Shown: piece after piece, positions 43,459 through 55,032 of the stretch
How positions within the stretch are numbered: position 1 is the first letter of the stretch
Layout: each line of letters opens with the position of its first letter
Program-made: the position numbers and the translations under genes
The notes under the pieces: model-generated
What the model was told of the DNA's origin: nothing
Databases searched by the model: none
Seen by the model: the letters and a program-made list of their open reading frames with translations, nothing else
NCBI GenBank assembly: GCA_000091205.1
Contig: AP006496.2
DNA: 64,000 nt
Source of the DNA: Cyanidioschyzon merolae
Taxonomy: Eukaryota
Direction: 5' to 3' (one strand)

Positions 43459-45621
43459 TCAGTGAGATGCATCCCGCTGGGCAGCCGCATTGCGAGCCCG
43501 TCCAGAGGACTCCTCGACTTCCGGCTGGATACCGCCCGGCTCCGAGTTCGCTTTCGACGGTTTCAGCAGCGCTCGTAATGGTGGCAAACGACTTTGAGGC
43601 ATCAGAAAGCGCAACAGCATGGCAGTCGCTCGACCAACCATCAGCATATTGAGGCCGTGCCAAACCTGTACCACAACGTGCTGTGCGCTCAGCGTCTTCC
43701 CACAAGTCAAGGCAGCAGCAAACTGCCGCCGGATAAACTCCAGCGCCAGAAGCGAGCTCGCACTAGCACAAAAAATCGCCTTCGCTATATACGCATAATC
43801 CATCGCTCCAATAGCAACACCATCCAGCGCCCAAGTAATGGCATTCAGCGGGGCCATTAAAGCGATCACCCGCGTGCCCTGACGCGTCGCCTCCCGCACG
43901 GCTGCATTCGGGGAGAATATATGTGGTATGAGCTGGTGACCCAGTGGCGACCACCAGAGCACCCCGAACAGGAGGCCCACGCGCAGACTCAATTGAACGA
44001 TTCGGTTTGCAGCCAAACGCGCTTGTATCCTCGCCACATCCGAAGGGTCCTGAACTTCAGCGTCAAGCGGAACACCCAACGCCACACAATCCTTCTCCGT
44101 GAGTAGCCGCGCACCGCCAAGAGCTGATGCTACCATGGACTGAGCTGCCACCGACAGCGAGTCGCATAGCATAGCGGTCATCACCCAGACCTGTCGGAGG
44201 ACCTCGAAAGCGGACGAGGCGACCGGCCCCCCGTAGTACGCTGTCGTGCTGGTTGCATAAGTAAGCGTTACTAGAATCGACACCGTGCGGATCGTCACCA
44301 GGCCGCCAGCGGATAGAAGCGGTCGAATTTGTGCCCAACTCGGAGGTCGACGCAGATCCCGACAGTCGAGTATACCCGCCGCGGGCGATTGTGCAAAGAG
44401 CCAGTGCTGGAAACGTTCCAGTGTACCGGTCCAGGAACGATGTACCAGGTACCGAGGCTGCGGTCCATGCGCTTGTGGGGGCACAGGCGCAGTTCCAGGT
44501 CGTCTTCGAGTTAGCACTAGGAACATGCAACAGAACGTGAGAATCTGTGCGAGAGCGGTTGCAGCTGCCGCCCCAATCACGTGCAGTCTCAGCGGAAATA
44601 TAAGCAGCGCATCACCGAAAAAGTTGAGCACGTTTGTAGCCAGTGAGATACGGAAGGGAGTCGCGGTATCGCGATACCCACGGAATGCCCCCGATAAGAC
44701 CATACTGCCGACGACAAAGGGCATTGCGAGCGTTCGGGTGCGGATATACGCGACGCCATATTGTAGGACACTGCCCGAGGCTCCGAGCTTCCCCAGTAAC
44801 CAGGGGCAACCCAGGAAAATCGTCACTGCGAGCACCAAACCGAGCGAGCACGCTAACCAGAGGCCCCGAGCTAGCGCTCGACTCGCCTCAGCGTGATTCC
44901 CAGCCGCGCCAGCCCGTGCAACGATGGGTGTCGTTGCAATGGCCAGTGCTTGGAAGAGAATGATGGAGAAGTTGAAAACCATGGTCGAGACACCAACGCC
45001 CGCTAATGGGGCTGGGTCCGGAGTCCACACTGTCGCTGTCCAGGAGCGTGGAATCCGCGCCACAAACAGCGTATCCACGAGCGTCATCAGCGGGTCGAGT
45101 GCTAGGGCACCCAAAGCCGGCAGTGCTAGTCGTGAAATTTCCTTATCCAATGGAGAGCTGCCTACGAGTTGCTGCAGCGTGCTCCGCAGGAAGCGCAATA
45201 CAACCGCGGTTTGAGCATGTGCACGCTCCCGGATGCTACTGGGCGAGTGAGAGGCTCGCCAGGGTCGACGCAACAGCCCGCTCTGGGCAAGTCCTGTCCA
45301 TGCACCTCTTCGCCGGCTAGGATTCCAGTTTAGGTCGCCGTGCTGTGCGCGGCCTAGTCGCTGCTGGTGCCCAGAGCGCGCAGGTGCCAGCCACTGGCTG
45401 CCCGAGCTGCAACCACGCAAGCAAGCCCAGCGTGAACAAGGGTGGAAACCGCAACGCAGGCCAGCGTAGCTGCTGCCCTGGGGCCTCTTCAAGTTCCCCT
45501 GTTGACAGCTGAGGTATGTGCGCGAAGCGCTTGCGAGCGTGCTGGTACAGGGGTCGCTACAGGAAGTCGCAAAGGCAGCGCGGAGCTTTCGCCCTCCGTA
45601 GAGGCTCGTGAAGAAACCCAT
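43459..45621 (-). CDS. MATE (multidrug and toxic compound extrusion) family transporter, with N- and C-terminal soluble extensions.
   Basis: 'DKEISRLALPALGALALDPLMTLVDTLFVARI' is the MATE N-lobe signature. About 12 hydrophobic segments are present. The start is an ATG. Confidence 0.82.
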   Translation of the reverse strand: MGFFTSLYGGRKLRAAFATSCSDPCTSTLASASRTYLSCQQGNLKRPQGSSYAGLRCGFHPCSRWACLRGCSSGSQWLAPARSGHQQRLGRAQHGDLNWNPSRRRGAWTGLAQSGLLRRPWRASHSPSSIRERAHAQTAVVLRFLRSTLQQLVGSSPLDKEISRLALPALGALALDPLMTLVDTLFVARIPRSWTATVWTPDPAPLAGVGVSTMVFNFSIILFQALAIATTPIVARAGAAGNHAEASRALARGLWLACSLGLVLAVTIFLGCPWLLGKLGASGSVLQYGVAYIRTRTLAMPFVVGSMVLSGAFRGYRDTATPFRISLATNVLNFFGDALLIFPLRLHVIGAAAATALAQILTFCCMFLVLTRRRPGTAPVPPQAHGPQPRYLVHRSWTGTLERFQHWLFAQSPAAGILDCRDLRRPPSWAQIRPLLSAGGLVTIRTVSILVTLTYATSTTAYYGGPVASSAFEVLRQVWVMTAMLCDSLSVAAQSMVASALGGARLLTEKDCVALGVPLDAEVQDPSDVARIQARLAANRIVQLSLRVGLLFGVLWWSPLGHQLIPHIFSPNAAVREATRQGTRVIALMAPLNAITWALDGVAIGAMDYAYIAKAIFCASASSLLALEFIRRQFAAALTCGKTLSAQHVVVQVWHGLNMLMVGRATAMLLRFLMPQSRLPPLRALLKPSKANSEPGGIQPEVEESSGRARNAAAQRDASH

Positions 45622-46939
45622 GCCTCCTTCGTACTCAAACCTGAGAGGTCTCCGGCTTTACAGTTATTCGAACACGAGTATATTGTTAGTCGTTAGTTTC
45701 AGTTGAATCGGGCAGTCGCGCCCGCCTTGCTATTGTGAATAGAGTCCTTTCCAGAATGCAGTTCGAGAAAAGGCGCATGGCGGACACCGTTTGCGACGGT
45801 GGCGGTGTCATGACCGCTTTTCTGCAGGAACGCTTGACGCTAGACGTTCATTGGACCAGTTCCGAGCTGATTTACGTCTGAGGTATTTGTTGATTGTTTG
45901 GATGCTGAGATATCATTGAAGAAAGCACGCGTCTGCCTTGTTGACAAGCGAAATTTGCGGCAGCAGCACTGGAAGATTCCTCGGAAACGCCAGCAACGCT
46001 ACCGCTCCTAGCTGCCTCACGACCAATAAATCCTGAAAACACCGCTTGTCGTAAAAGTCTGTGGCTTATCTATTTCACTGAGAGGGTATCCGAGTGGTAC
46101 GCGTTCTGTGCTCGTTCTTCACCTGAGGGAGATTCCGCGAGCACGTAAAGATTGTTCAGGTTCAGGCGTTCAGTTTGAGCAGCAGCAACAGCAGCAGATA
46201 ACGCTTTTACGATAAATCCAGAGAAAGAGGACTCCCAAGTGCTGCCTCATCAGAGTCGGAGGCGGAACAAGGTACGTGCAGGTCGCTTACGAGGTGTCTG
46301 TTGTTTTCCCTTCTGACCACAGCCTGAATCCTGTATACACAGTTTCTCTCAGCGCGGTGGCAAAGTATGTCGCTTGGTTCATCGGTACTTCTCCTGGTTG
46401 TGCTAGACTAACGACAACTCATTCAAGCAGATCAAAGCTGTTGCGACTGCGAGAGACGGTGTGTGTCCTCCGGAACTGCCGCATCGGCGCATATCACAGA
46501 CTCGTTTGCTCTGCCAATTCTCTGGCCTCGGTTTTGAATAGAGGAAGCAAACAATTCGAAAGCTTTTTGATACAGCACGCTTCGTAGAAGCGTTTCCTCC
46601 CGAAGATTCCATTCATCATAGGAAACAGGTCACGGGAAGCCCTCCGTTTCTGAATATTCTTCCCTTATCATCTACGCGCAGCAGCGTGGTAGAAAAGAGT
46701 GGACTGCTCCAACACGCCATCTGACGCCTCATTGGAAGCCGCAGATACTCTCTAGTTCGTCGCAGTGGCACGCTTTCTGGGCGTTGTCTACGCCCCAGCT
46801 CCGAGAGATCGACACGTCCGCTGCCGCATCGTTGTAGTGGAGGCTGCAGAACGCAGCGACCGCTCCAGCTCTGGACCAAAGAAGCAGCGACCGCATGCCC
46901 GGTGCCTTTGACTTGGACCCAACTCGCAGCTGATGGGCA

Positions 46940-47839
46940 ATGTTCGCTTTGGAAGAGCTTCCACGGATACCCGACTTCACTGAGCGTGCAATTTGTGAGC
47001 TTTTCGAACTATACGCATCCATCGAGAGTGTACAGCTACCACCGCAATCATCCGACGCAACGAACAGCTCCAGCGCTACGGCACCTGGGAACATCTTCAG
47101 TGCTGAACGTGGCCCCAGGTACCTTGGCCCAAGAGCGCTGGTTCGTTTCTTTACTGAGCTTGGTGTAGACATGCGCTCGCTGGCTGCCTTAGCGTTTGCC
47201 TGGCTCGGACGTTGGCAGTACCCCTGTCATTGCAGAGAAGAGGGTTTTGCGCGAGGCGTGCGTTACGCGCTCTGGGCACTAGACCGGCGGCAGCACAATG
47301 AGCCCAGACGCTGGGAACAAGTCCAGGCGACATGCTCAACGCTTCTCGAAACCAGTATCTGGCCAAGGGAATCGACAGCACTGTTTGAACGGCTCCGATC
47401 GGCCTTTCCGGACGCCGTCCTGTCCTACACGCAGCGTTCTGCTGAAGCCGCTCTTGATTTTTACCTTTTCGCCTTTGACTTGAACCGCCAGAGCCCATAC
47501 CGGCGCTCGCTGTCGCTCACTGACGCCCGTTACCTCTGGAAACAGTTTCTCAGCGAATCGTGCTATCTCGCGACGCCTGCTTCCCCGGGAACGCCAGCGG
47601 GAGTCGCCAATCAGCCATGGCGATATCTCGAGCACTTTGACGCATACCTCGAGTCGCGCTGTGGAATGGCTGGCACCATCATCTCACGTGATACATGGTA
47701 CTGGGTGCTAATGTTTGCGCGCGAAACCCAGGTCGCAGGATCCAGCTTCTTTGCGAACTACAACCAGGGGGATGCCTGGCCTGTACTCCTAGACGGATTT
47801 GTGGAGTATCTGCGCGAAAACAAGCTTCTTAGCTCGTGA
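46940..47839 (+). CDS. DCN1: DCN1-like (defective in cullin neddylation) protein with a PONY/DCUN1 domain.
   Basis: 'ISRDTWYWVLMFARETQVAGSSFFANYNQGDAWPVLLDGFVEYLRE' matches the DCN1 C-terminal 'IskDtWnllLdF...dlsnYdeeGAWPvLIDdFVef'. Upstream, 'DFYLFAFDLNRQSPYRRSLSLTDARYLWKQFL' matches the 'FYrFtFnfak...ksLdletAi.lWkl' pattern. Confidence 0.8.
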   Translation: MFALEELPRIPDFTERAICELFELYASIESVQLPPQSSDATNSSSATAPGNIFSAERGPRYLGPRALVRFFTELGVDMRSLAALAFAWLGRWQYPCHCREEGFARGVRYALWALDRRQHNEPRRWEQVQATCSTLLETSIWPRESTALFERLRSAFPDAVLSYTQRSAEAALDFYLFAFDLNRQSPYRRSLSLTDARYLWKQFLSESCYLATPASPGTPAGVANQPWRYLEHFDAYLESRCGMAGTIISRDTWYWVLMFARETQVAGSSFFANYNQGDAWPVLLDGFVEYLRENKLLSS

Positions 47840-48529
47840 ATGACAAGCACAGGAATGCCCGATCAGCACATTTGTATGCATTTGTGCAGTTTTACTGCGA
47901 AAAGCAGAGTCAGCGTCATGCCACATTGGAGCTGGCTCGTGAGCGAGCCCAGGAAACGACGGGAAACGCGGCACCAGTTGGCGACTACGAAACGGTGCCG
48001 GAGGCACTACGGAGGCGTCCCTGCAGTCCAGCTCGGCTGCAGTGTGCGATCCAAGGCACCGAGTCTGCGGTATCGAATGCACGTACGGCGGCTTCTCATG
48101 AACGCGTTCCTCTATAATCATTGACCTGGTCCATTGGAACGAATCTAGGAAGCAGGGAACGGCTCGAAAGGCGCATCGACGTAATTAGACGAGTCTATGT
48201 CAATGCCAGAGGCAGTGCGGGATCGACGTCGCGGTCCTTTACGGCGTACGAGGTACGCCCCTCACCGTGATGCATTGCATGGTACGCAACGGCATCCAGA
48301 GCCACACCTGGATGGCCGGATTGAGTCCAGTTCTGCGATGTACCGAAGGTTTACACGCAGGACATGCGGGCATCGCCCGTTCTAGACATTGTGTAGCCTT
48401 GCGGTGCCGCCAAAGGCTGACGCCGGCGATACGCGCTGCTTCTTTAGGGTCGTATGGATTGTTCGACATCCGCGCTGATGCTCCAGATGGAAGCTGTGCC
48501 AGACCTGGTGGTGAACCCTTAAACCATCG

Positions 48530-48823
48530 GAAGCGGCGCTTCGGTTGCTTGCCGGACAGACGGCAGCATTCACGTATTTGGAAGCGTTCATTGAAACGCA
48601 ATGATTCTTCACGCTAAAAAAGTATCAGAAGCGGCGCTGCGGTTGCTTGCCGGACAGACGGCAGCATTCACGTATTTGGGAGCGTTCATTGAAACGCAAT
48701 GATTCTTCACGCTAAAAAAGTATCAGAAGCGGCGCTGCGGTTGCTTGCCGGACAGACGGCAGCATTCACGTATTTGGGAGCGTTCATTGAAACGCAATGA
48801 TTCTTCACGCTAAAAAAGTATCA
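48530..48823. repeat. Tandem repeat of a 98-bp unit, 3 copies.
   Basis: The unit 'gaagcggcgctgcggttgcttgccggacagacggcagcattcacgtatttgggagcgttcattgaaacgcaatgattcttcacgctaaaaaagtatca' begins at ~48530, 48628 and 48726 with 2 mismatches. A fourth unit diverges at 48824. Confidence 0.85.
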
Positions 48824-49575
48824 GAAGCGCCTGTGGAGCCGTTGTCGGTGCCCTGGCATATCCAGTAATATCGGAGAAAGAAACAACCATATCTTTCGCC
48901 GATTGCTCAGAAGCATGGTATCCGACTCAAAAATAGAGCAATCCAATCGTGTTGGATGACGGAACCGCACTATACCAGCGCCTTGCCCCAGGCGAGAGTT
49001 CAACACCGGCTCTCCGGGCTGCTGATTTCCTTTTCATCGAAAGGCTGCAGCAATCCAACACCATGCCAACACTGAGTACTGACGATTACGTCGAAAGTTG
49101 AGGCGACATAGAGCCTTTGCAGGCACCACAGGAGACTCCGTTGCATCAATCCCTACATTTCTGAGCCAGCAAGATGAGACTACAACGCCCACAGCGTGTC
49201 CCTCATTAAGCGCTTTACAGTGCCTCGCACATGATGTGTTCGTTTGGCTGTATACGTACTGGGACCGACGCTGTAGCTGGTCAGATGGTCATTGGAAATG
49301 GCGACCCATCAATGTATCCCGTGAAACGTGTGTGCAAGGCGGTAATCCTACGATCCAGCCGCATCTCATCTACTGCATCGAGCATCAGTAGTGTTCCCGC
49401 ACGCAGGTTTGATTGAAAGATCCCAGAGGAATACGGATAGCGGACAACCATGCCTCCAGAACTTTTATGGAAAGTTGGCTGAAGCGGTGCGACATGGCGA
49501 GGGAGGCTCGTCGAGCCTCTTCCAAGTACGAAGCTGAGCGATCCCGAACGACATCCTGCATCGCGTTTTCGGGGG

Positions 49576-50150
49576 ATGCTCGCCTTTCATATGCTTCCAT
49601 CGGAAGCCCGTGACAATAGCCTCATACTGGCCTGCCGGTTTCGAGTGTGCTTCTATTTTTATTGTACTCTTTTCGAGAGGATCTCCCACTTCTCTCACTG
49701 GTGGAATTGTGTCCTCCTCGTGCACCTTGCAGGGCGGCATGGATTTGGTCGCTATGCTCTTCGTCCGTGTTCTTCATCGAAATTCAAACGAATTCGGTGG
49801 ACGACGGGACCAGAATTCTACTGTTCTATGTATGTCTCTACGATTCCTCAGGCGGCTTTTCGTCATCTAACAGAGGCAAGAAACGCCTGGAGTTCGTGAA
49901 CTGAGACGTTAACGCCGCCGTCCATATCAGACGATGTGCGGTGCTGATGACGAGACCCGCGGAGCTGACGCAATCTAACCTTGTGGGGTAGTTTCTCTCG
50001 CTCGAAATATGCAAGGAAAAACTGAAGTCGATAGCAGGGGCCCGCCGAAAAAGACCAGGAGGCGTCCGCACGTCAGTGGGCAGACATAGAGCCTACGGCG
50101 GGCATAGCGCCGCTCGTCACCACTGTACACCGGCTGTATAGCGTTTGTCG
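49576..50150 (+). mobile_element. TnpB/Fanzor-like 3' fragment, family 1 copy C.
   Basis: The RuvC-III box 'RDVNAAVHIRRCAVLMTRPAELTQ' begins at 49905. The downstream tail, 'gcaaggaaaaactgaagtcgatagcaggggcccgccgaaaaagaccaggaggcgtccgcacgt', is conserved with copy B (minus strand, 24950-25125) and with the copy A tail (6300-6400). The upstream frames are disrupted. Confidence 0.6.
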
Positions 50151-50199
50151 CTTGAAAGGCGTGTCGCTCTTGCTGGTAGCGAATGCCTGCGTGGCTGCT

Positions 50200-52263
50200 T
50201 TATCCAGCGAACGCTATGACGTACATGGTATGACGGAAGGGTTTGGCGAAGCGTCCGTAGTTGGCTCCCTTCTCCCCAAGGTACACAATCGTTGTGGTGT
50301 AGAGCCCGAAGGACTTGAGGAAACCCTCTGGATCGTCTGTACCAAAAACAAGCGTCTGCCTCGTGTGACTGTTCTCACTCTGCTTGTGGTTGTTCGACGG
50401 TGTTGCACGCTTTCGGGAGCTGTGGGCTTCGAGCCCAGGCCTCTGGGGCAGTTCACCACTTTGGAGCGTCTCTTCGGTGGACTCCTCGCTCGTTCGTGGC
50501 GTTGAGGCTGTTCGGGCTTGTAGTTTGCGGACTAGGGCCTCCTGCACAAAACTCGCCCCTGTCCAGGATGCTCGACCTACCGGCATGAGGCTGCGCATGT
50601 CGCTGAAGAGCGCGCGACACAGAGACTCGGGGAGATAGTAGGTGAGGCCCTCGAGCAACCACACGGAGCTGTTGCCTGGATCGAAGCCAGCAGCTAGGAG
50701 ATCTTGCTTCCAGTCTTTGGTCAAGTCGCTGGGCACATATTTCACCAGAGATTTTGGTTTGTAGCTGGGAAAATCGTTCCGCAAGATCCGCAGTTTGTAT
50801 TCGAGCACGACGGGCATGTCGAGCTCGTAGACGACTGTATCCCGCGGTATATCCAGCCGGTAGGCTCGCATGTCGAGCCCAGCACCCAAGATGACGACCT
50901 GGCGTGGAGGTGGTTCGTTCGATGCCGAGCCCTGCTCCTTGCCGAACAGGCATCGCATTAAAAAGTCGTCAAAGTAGCGCGTTCGGACCGGTATTCGGGA
51001 TAGTTGATCGGTGGTGCTGGTGCGGGCGCGCTCCCTTTGGGCGGCCATAAAACGAGCGCCGGCTAGCTTTTCCGCAAAAATATCGCGAACAAGCGCTTGC
51101 TCGCCGTAGAGTTCCAGCTCCAATGCTCGCGCCGCCGCAAGTAGCTGCGAAGCACGTACCATGCTATACAGCGGATGGGCGCTCTGGATTCTCAGTTGTG
51201 GTCCAGATCGACTTTCCGTTGCGGACTGGGGCACCTGCGCCAGTGGAGGGCGTTCTCCTGCAGCCTTCGTGTTCGCGTCGGTGCTCGCGTTCGAGGCTCG
51301 TGATCCGTTGGATACCTCGGACTCGCCAGGGACGCTTCCTGTGGTCGCGTTCTCGTTTGTTGCTGCTGGACAGGACCGTGCATCCTCGGCAATGACTCCA
51401 GCAAGCTCCACTGTGGGCAAGCGCTCAGCGTCGCGAGCGACCGGTGCCGCTGCCGACTCGACAGCAGCGGCGGATGCGTTTTTCTCGGACACGGGAGTGG
51501 CGGTCTCCGCTCTGTCCGCAGCTTTCGTCGTCTTCGCGCGCTCGTTTTGTCGATGTGCTCGATTCGAAGCACCCCCTGTGACAATTCTCCCGAGCGATAG
51601 AAACGCCGAGACGACACCGGGATTGCGTTTCTCACTGTTTGTCACTGGTAGCCGCGCTTTGCTCGGGAGCTTGGGTTCTGGTGCCGGCGGTGCTGGCTGC
51701 GCACTCACGGGTGGCTCCTCATGTGATGACACGTGCAGCGCTGAGGCGTCAACGTCCTGTGCCGTTGCCTCGACCAACATCGAAAGCGGATCGCGCTGGG
51801 GCAGTTCTGGTAGCGACGGTGCCGTCACCGGCGCCGGCTCAACAACGGATATTTCGCCCTGGCTCGAGCGACGCCGTTCATGAGACCGCGCCTCTGCACC
51901 CTCTCGTCCGGCTCGCCGTCGCTGCCGTCTTCGAGAGCCCCACCGCCATAAACCTCGACTCGCAAAGAAGACCAAAACTGCCAGGCCAAGCGTGCCGGGG
52001 AGCAATCGCCGTTGTTTGCCCGAAACTGCTTCGGTCGCGCGGTCCTCGACCCCGAGCAAGCTCTTCTTGCGCTCACGGGTGGATTGCGGGCCGGTCTGCA
52101 CAGAGCCGTTGCTTTTAGGAGCAGGTAAACGTCGTTCAGACCACAGCCGTTGCCGTGGCTGCATCGCCTCTGCGTGGTGGCGCGCACGGCGTCGGTGGCC
52201 GCTCGCCGCACGCCCTGCATACAACGAAGCTGCAGCTCGGCTGGCCCCGAGGTCTGAACCCAT
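50200..52263 (-). CDS. SAM-dependent methyltransferase of the leucine carboxyl methyltransferase (LCM) / TIGR00027 family. The conserved domain is 50200..51162; the long low-complexity N-terminal extension is uncertain.
   Basis: 'MVRASQLLAAARALE...' is the family's N-terminal start pattern. The SAM-binding 'VVILGAGLDMRAYRL' and 'VVYELDMPVVLEYK' follow. The ATG at 51162 would give a typical 320-aa protein. The upstream 400 codons are A/S/R/P-rich and contain one hydrophobic segment. Confidence 0.65.
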   Translation of the reverse strand: MGSDLGASRAAASLYAGRAASGHRRRARHHAEAMQPRQRLWSERRLPAPKSNGSVQTGPQSTRERKKSLLGVEDRATEAVSGKQRRLLPGTLGLAVLVFFASRGLWRWGSRRRQRRRAGREGAEARSHERRRSSQGEISVVEPAPVTAPSLPELPQRDPLSMLVEATAQDVDASALHVSSHEEPPVSAQPAPPAPEPKLPSKARLPVTNSEKRNPGVVSAFLSLGRIVTGGASNRAHRQNERAKTTKAADRAETATPVSEKNASAAAVESAAAPVARDAERLPTVELAGVIAEDARSCPAATNENATTGSVPGESEVSNGSRASNASTDANTKAAGERPPLAQVPQSATESRSGPQLRIQSAHPLYSMVRASQLLAAARALELELYGEQALVRDIFAEKLAGARFMAAQRERARTSTTDQLSRIPVRTRYFDDFLMRCLFGKEQGSASNEPPPRQVVILGAGLDMRAYRLDIPRDTVVYELDMPVVLEYKLRILRNDFPSYKPKSLVKYVPSDLTKDWKQDLLAAGFDPGNSSVWLLEGLTYYLPESLCRALFSDMRSLMPVGRASWTGASFVQEALVRKLQARTASTPRTSEESTEETLQSGELPQRPGLEAHSSRKRATPSNNHKQSENSHTRQTLVFGTDDPEGFLKSFGLYTTTIVYLGEKGANYGRFAKPFRHTMYVIAFAG

Positions 52264-54127
52264 GGAGCTGGTGCTGCAGCACCAAGATACTTCAGGTAGG
52301 GCAACTGCTCCGAGCAGCAACGCCACACACGCGCTTCAACCGGGCAGCAAACGCGAGTCGAATGCACTGCAGCCACGGTACCCAGCGCCAGGTACAATGT
52401 TGCACTCGGCCAGTGTTGCTTGCGAGCGCGCACCATCGCACACAGAACGGGATATATCGGTATAAAAATGTATAAAACAAACGTTCTCCGTCTGGGCGTC
52501 GCGCATCGTCGCCACCCAGGGACACGTGTTTGTGGCGCACGAGCACCTGCCACAGGCTCGCGTGTGTGCCGCAGACACCGCAAGTGTCGGGCAGCGGTCG
52601 ATAGAGTTTACAGATGTCGGGGCCAGAGGACGGGCGGCAGACGATAGACGCCGTAGAGGCCAGCGAGGCAGTCTCGCGTACCGCAGTTACCTGGAAGCGA
52701 CATGTTTCCGGATGCGTTTCTATCGTTTATGGAGCTGGGGCGATTATGCAGGCTGGAACGGAATTCGTGATAGCAACAGTCCCGATTCGTGAAGAAAGGC
52801 GGCATGCACTTGGGCATAGTGACAAGCAGAGAGCAGGACGGCTCTTTGGTCTTGGGCAGCTCGCGCTGGTGGAGGTTGCGGTAGCGGCCCAAGTCAAGCA
52901 TCAGGTTTCTGGTATCTCTTGAACCATGGCGTCGATTTCGACAAAGACCTTGGGCTATGGTTAACAGGCAGTATACTCCGTGTGCAACATGGAACGGCTG
53001 ATCCGTCTTTGTCTCTGAAGCGCAGATGCAAGGCTTCAAGATGACTTGTTTCGGGATCGCGCAGCAACATGAGCGGATTCGGATATCGCTCGAGCGCTAC
53101 GAGCTTGAGGCGGCAGCGGTGGTGCTGGTACTGCCGCAGACGCGCCGCGGATGCATTGTATCCGTGAGCGCTGGGTAGCTCGTGGGGGGTTTCTCGGCTC
53201 GGATTTGTGTCTCGCAAGGTTCGATCAAGAAAATAGCTCTTGTGGAATGCCCAAGCCTCCACTTCCAGAGGCTATTTTGGAGGAAGAACGTTCCGCATGT
53301 CCGACGAAATCACGCGGGCACTGCGTTCTAGACCCACGCGGTGGCGAGTGCCTCAGCACCGTCTGCGCAGCTGGACCGCTCTCTCTCTGAGTCCAGCAAA
53401 GAGGCTGAGGAGCGTGCTCAGCGTCCACGCTGCCTCCAAGTCGACCACCTCCTCCAGCGTGTCGTTCTGTGTCCAGGCGATCGTCTTGGCCTCACCTCTC
53501 TCTCTCTCGCAGGTTCAAGACCTCGGGCTGACATCTACACAAGCGGCACTAGAGCACCGCAACGTCGTTCTGTCCCTGCTGGGTGTGCGCGGCAGCAACG
53601 TCTCATCCAGCGCCGCTGCGGGTGCCTGTGGAAGCCTCGGCACCCGAATCGTCACCGGATGCAGCGCGCGCCTTTTCTTGACGGCAAGGCTAGCCTGGTG
53701 TCAGTGGACCCTCGCCATCTTTCGAGAAAAACGGCATCCGTTACCCCATTGAGTCACCGTCACTGCGTACCCCAGCGATCATGTTGCGCTGAAACGCAAT
53801 CGCGAATACCGCTTTGCAGCAGGTGCTTCATCGGATGGACCCCACAACACGTGTCAATAAATGTCCCAATAGGCGCACACAGCCGGGCAACGGTGCAGCA
53901 CAGAACCTCGCTCGCGTACCGGTCAGTGCGCACGAGCACTCCATACGTTTCGCTTGCTCGTGCAGCTCCAGGTCTGTTTCGCCTGTACTCCCGCAACTGG
54001 GTGGAGCGTGCGCGGCATCGCACGCTAGTGCGTAGCGCTGACCTCGTTGTGCGCTCATCAGACCCTGTCTGGGTCCGCGAAACTAGTTTGTGGGCAGAGC
54101 TCGAGCCTCTGGTGCACCGCGTTTCCT

Positions 54128-54796
54128 ATGCAGCGGTTTCTCGATAGCATAAGTGCAGCGACGCAGGCAAAGTCTCCGGCGGAGCACGAGACACTGGTCG
54201 CCATGGCCGACCTCTACGCTATCATCACTTGCGTGGAGTACCTGGAGCGGGCGTGGCGCGCTAACGCCGTCTCCGATGAAGACTACACACGCAACTGCTC
54301 ACGATTGATCGCACAGTTTCGGGCAACGCGTCAGCTCGTCATGGACGATGTGCCGTCTGTGATATCCTTTCTTGAGGAGTACCACCTCGCTGCCCGAGCG
54401 GCGATGAATCGACTGCAGGTCGGTGTGCCTGCCACCGTCGAGCATGCAAACAGCAGCGATGAGACGCGAAGGCGTAACTTTACAGCGGCTGCAATACAGG
54501 CAACCGAGGCGTTCTTGACATTCCGTGACGCGTTGGAACTCGGCGAGCGTTCGGTCGACCGTTTGCTCCCGTATTTGCGAGAAATCCTGCTGGTCCTCGG
54601 CAGAATGGGCGCGGTTTTTGGGACAGCCGACGGTGACGCTACCGTCCAGAGAGAGCGCATTGTGCAGTGGGTTCGGCGTCTAGACGCAATGCACGCCTAT
54701 GAGCAGATCACTGAGGAAGACAAACGACAACTCGCGCACGACGTCGATACGCTGTACGATACCTTCCGACGCCGAGTAGGCGAGCTTGAAATGTAG
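54128..54796 (+). CDS. VPS28: ESCRT-I subunit VPS28.
   Basis: The N-terminal domain 'LVAMADLYAIITCVEYLERAWRANAVSDEDYTRNCSRLIAQFRA...FLEEYHLAARAAMNRLQVGVPATVEH' and the C-terminal 4-helix domain '...VQWVRRLDAMHAYEQITEEDKRQLAHDVDTLYDTFRR' match VPS28 conserved blocks. The ATG is at 54128; the track ORF begins at TTG 54047. Confidence 0.75.
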   Translation: MQRFLDSISAATQAKSPAEHETLVAMADLYAIITCVEYLERAWRANAVSDEDYTRNCSRLIAQFRATRQLVMDDVPSVISFLEEYHLAARAAMNRLQVGVPATVEHANSSDETRRRNFTAAAIQATEAFLTFRDALELGERSVDRLLPYLREILLVLGRMGAVFGTADGDATVQRERIVQWVRRLDAMHAYEQITEEDKRQLAHDVDTLYDTFRRRVGELEM

Positions 54797-55032
54797 GTCG
54801 TGCGGCACGGCGACGTCATATGGAAACGGAGACCCTAACGGGATACGGGCCTGATGCAGCACGCCTATCATCATTGATGATCCAGCGAAAAGTACCCAGA
54901 TGGGTTCAATCAAAGCGTACTACGTACTGCATGGACTGGTACCTGGTGCGAAAGGCAATCGAAATTGCGATAGCAGCAGCAGTAGTAGTAGTAGTAGCGC
55001 ATCCAAGCTTTATATTCGAGCCGCATGCTGCC

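Noticed and set aside
48530-48823. Whether the 98-bp tandem array is a CRISPR-like array.
   Set aside because: The units are contiguous with no unique spacers, and the genome is eukaryotic. It is a minisatellite.
10920-54127. ORF-track starts at 10920, 18782, 25012, 31420, 32693, 40772, 52326 and 54047.
   Set aside because: Inspection shows these start at TTG or GTG codons. I used the first in-frame ATG instead, and the family alignments support these shorter N-termini.
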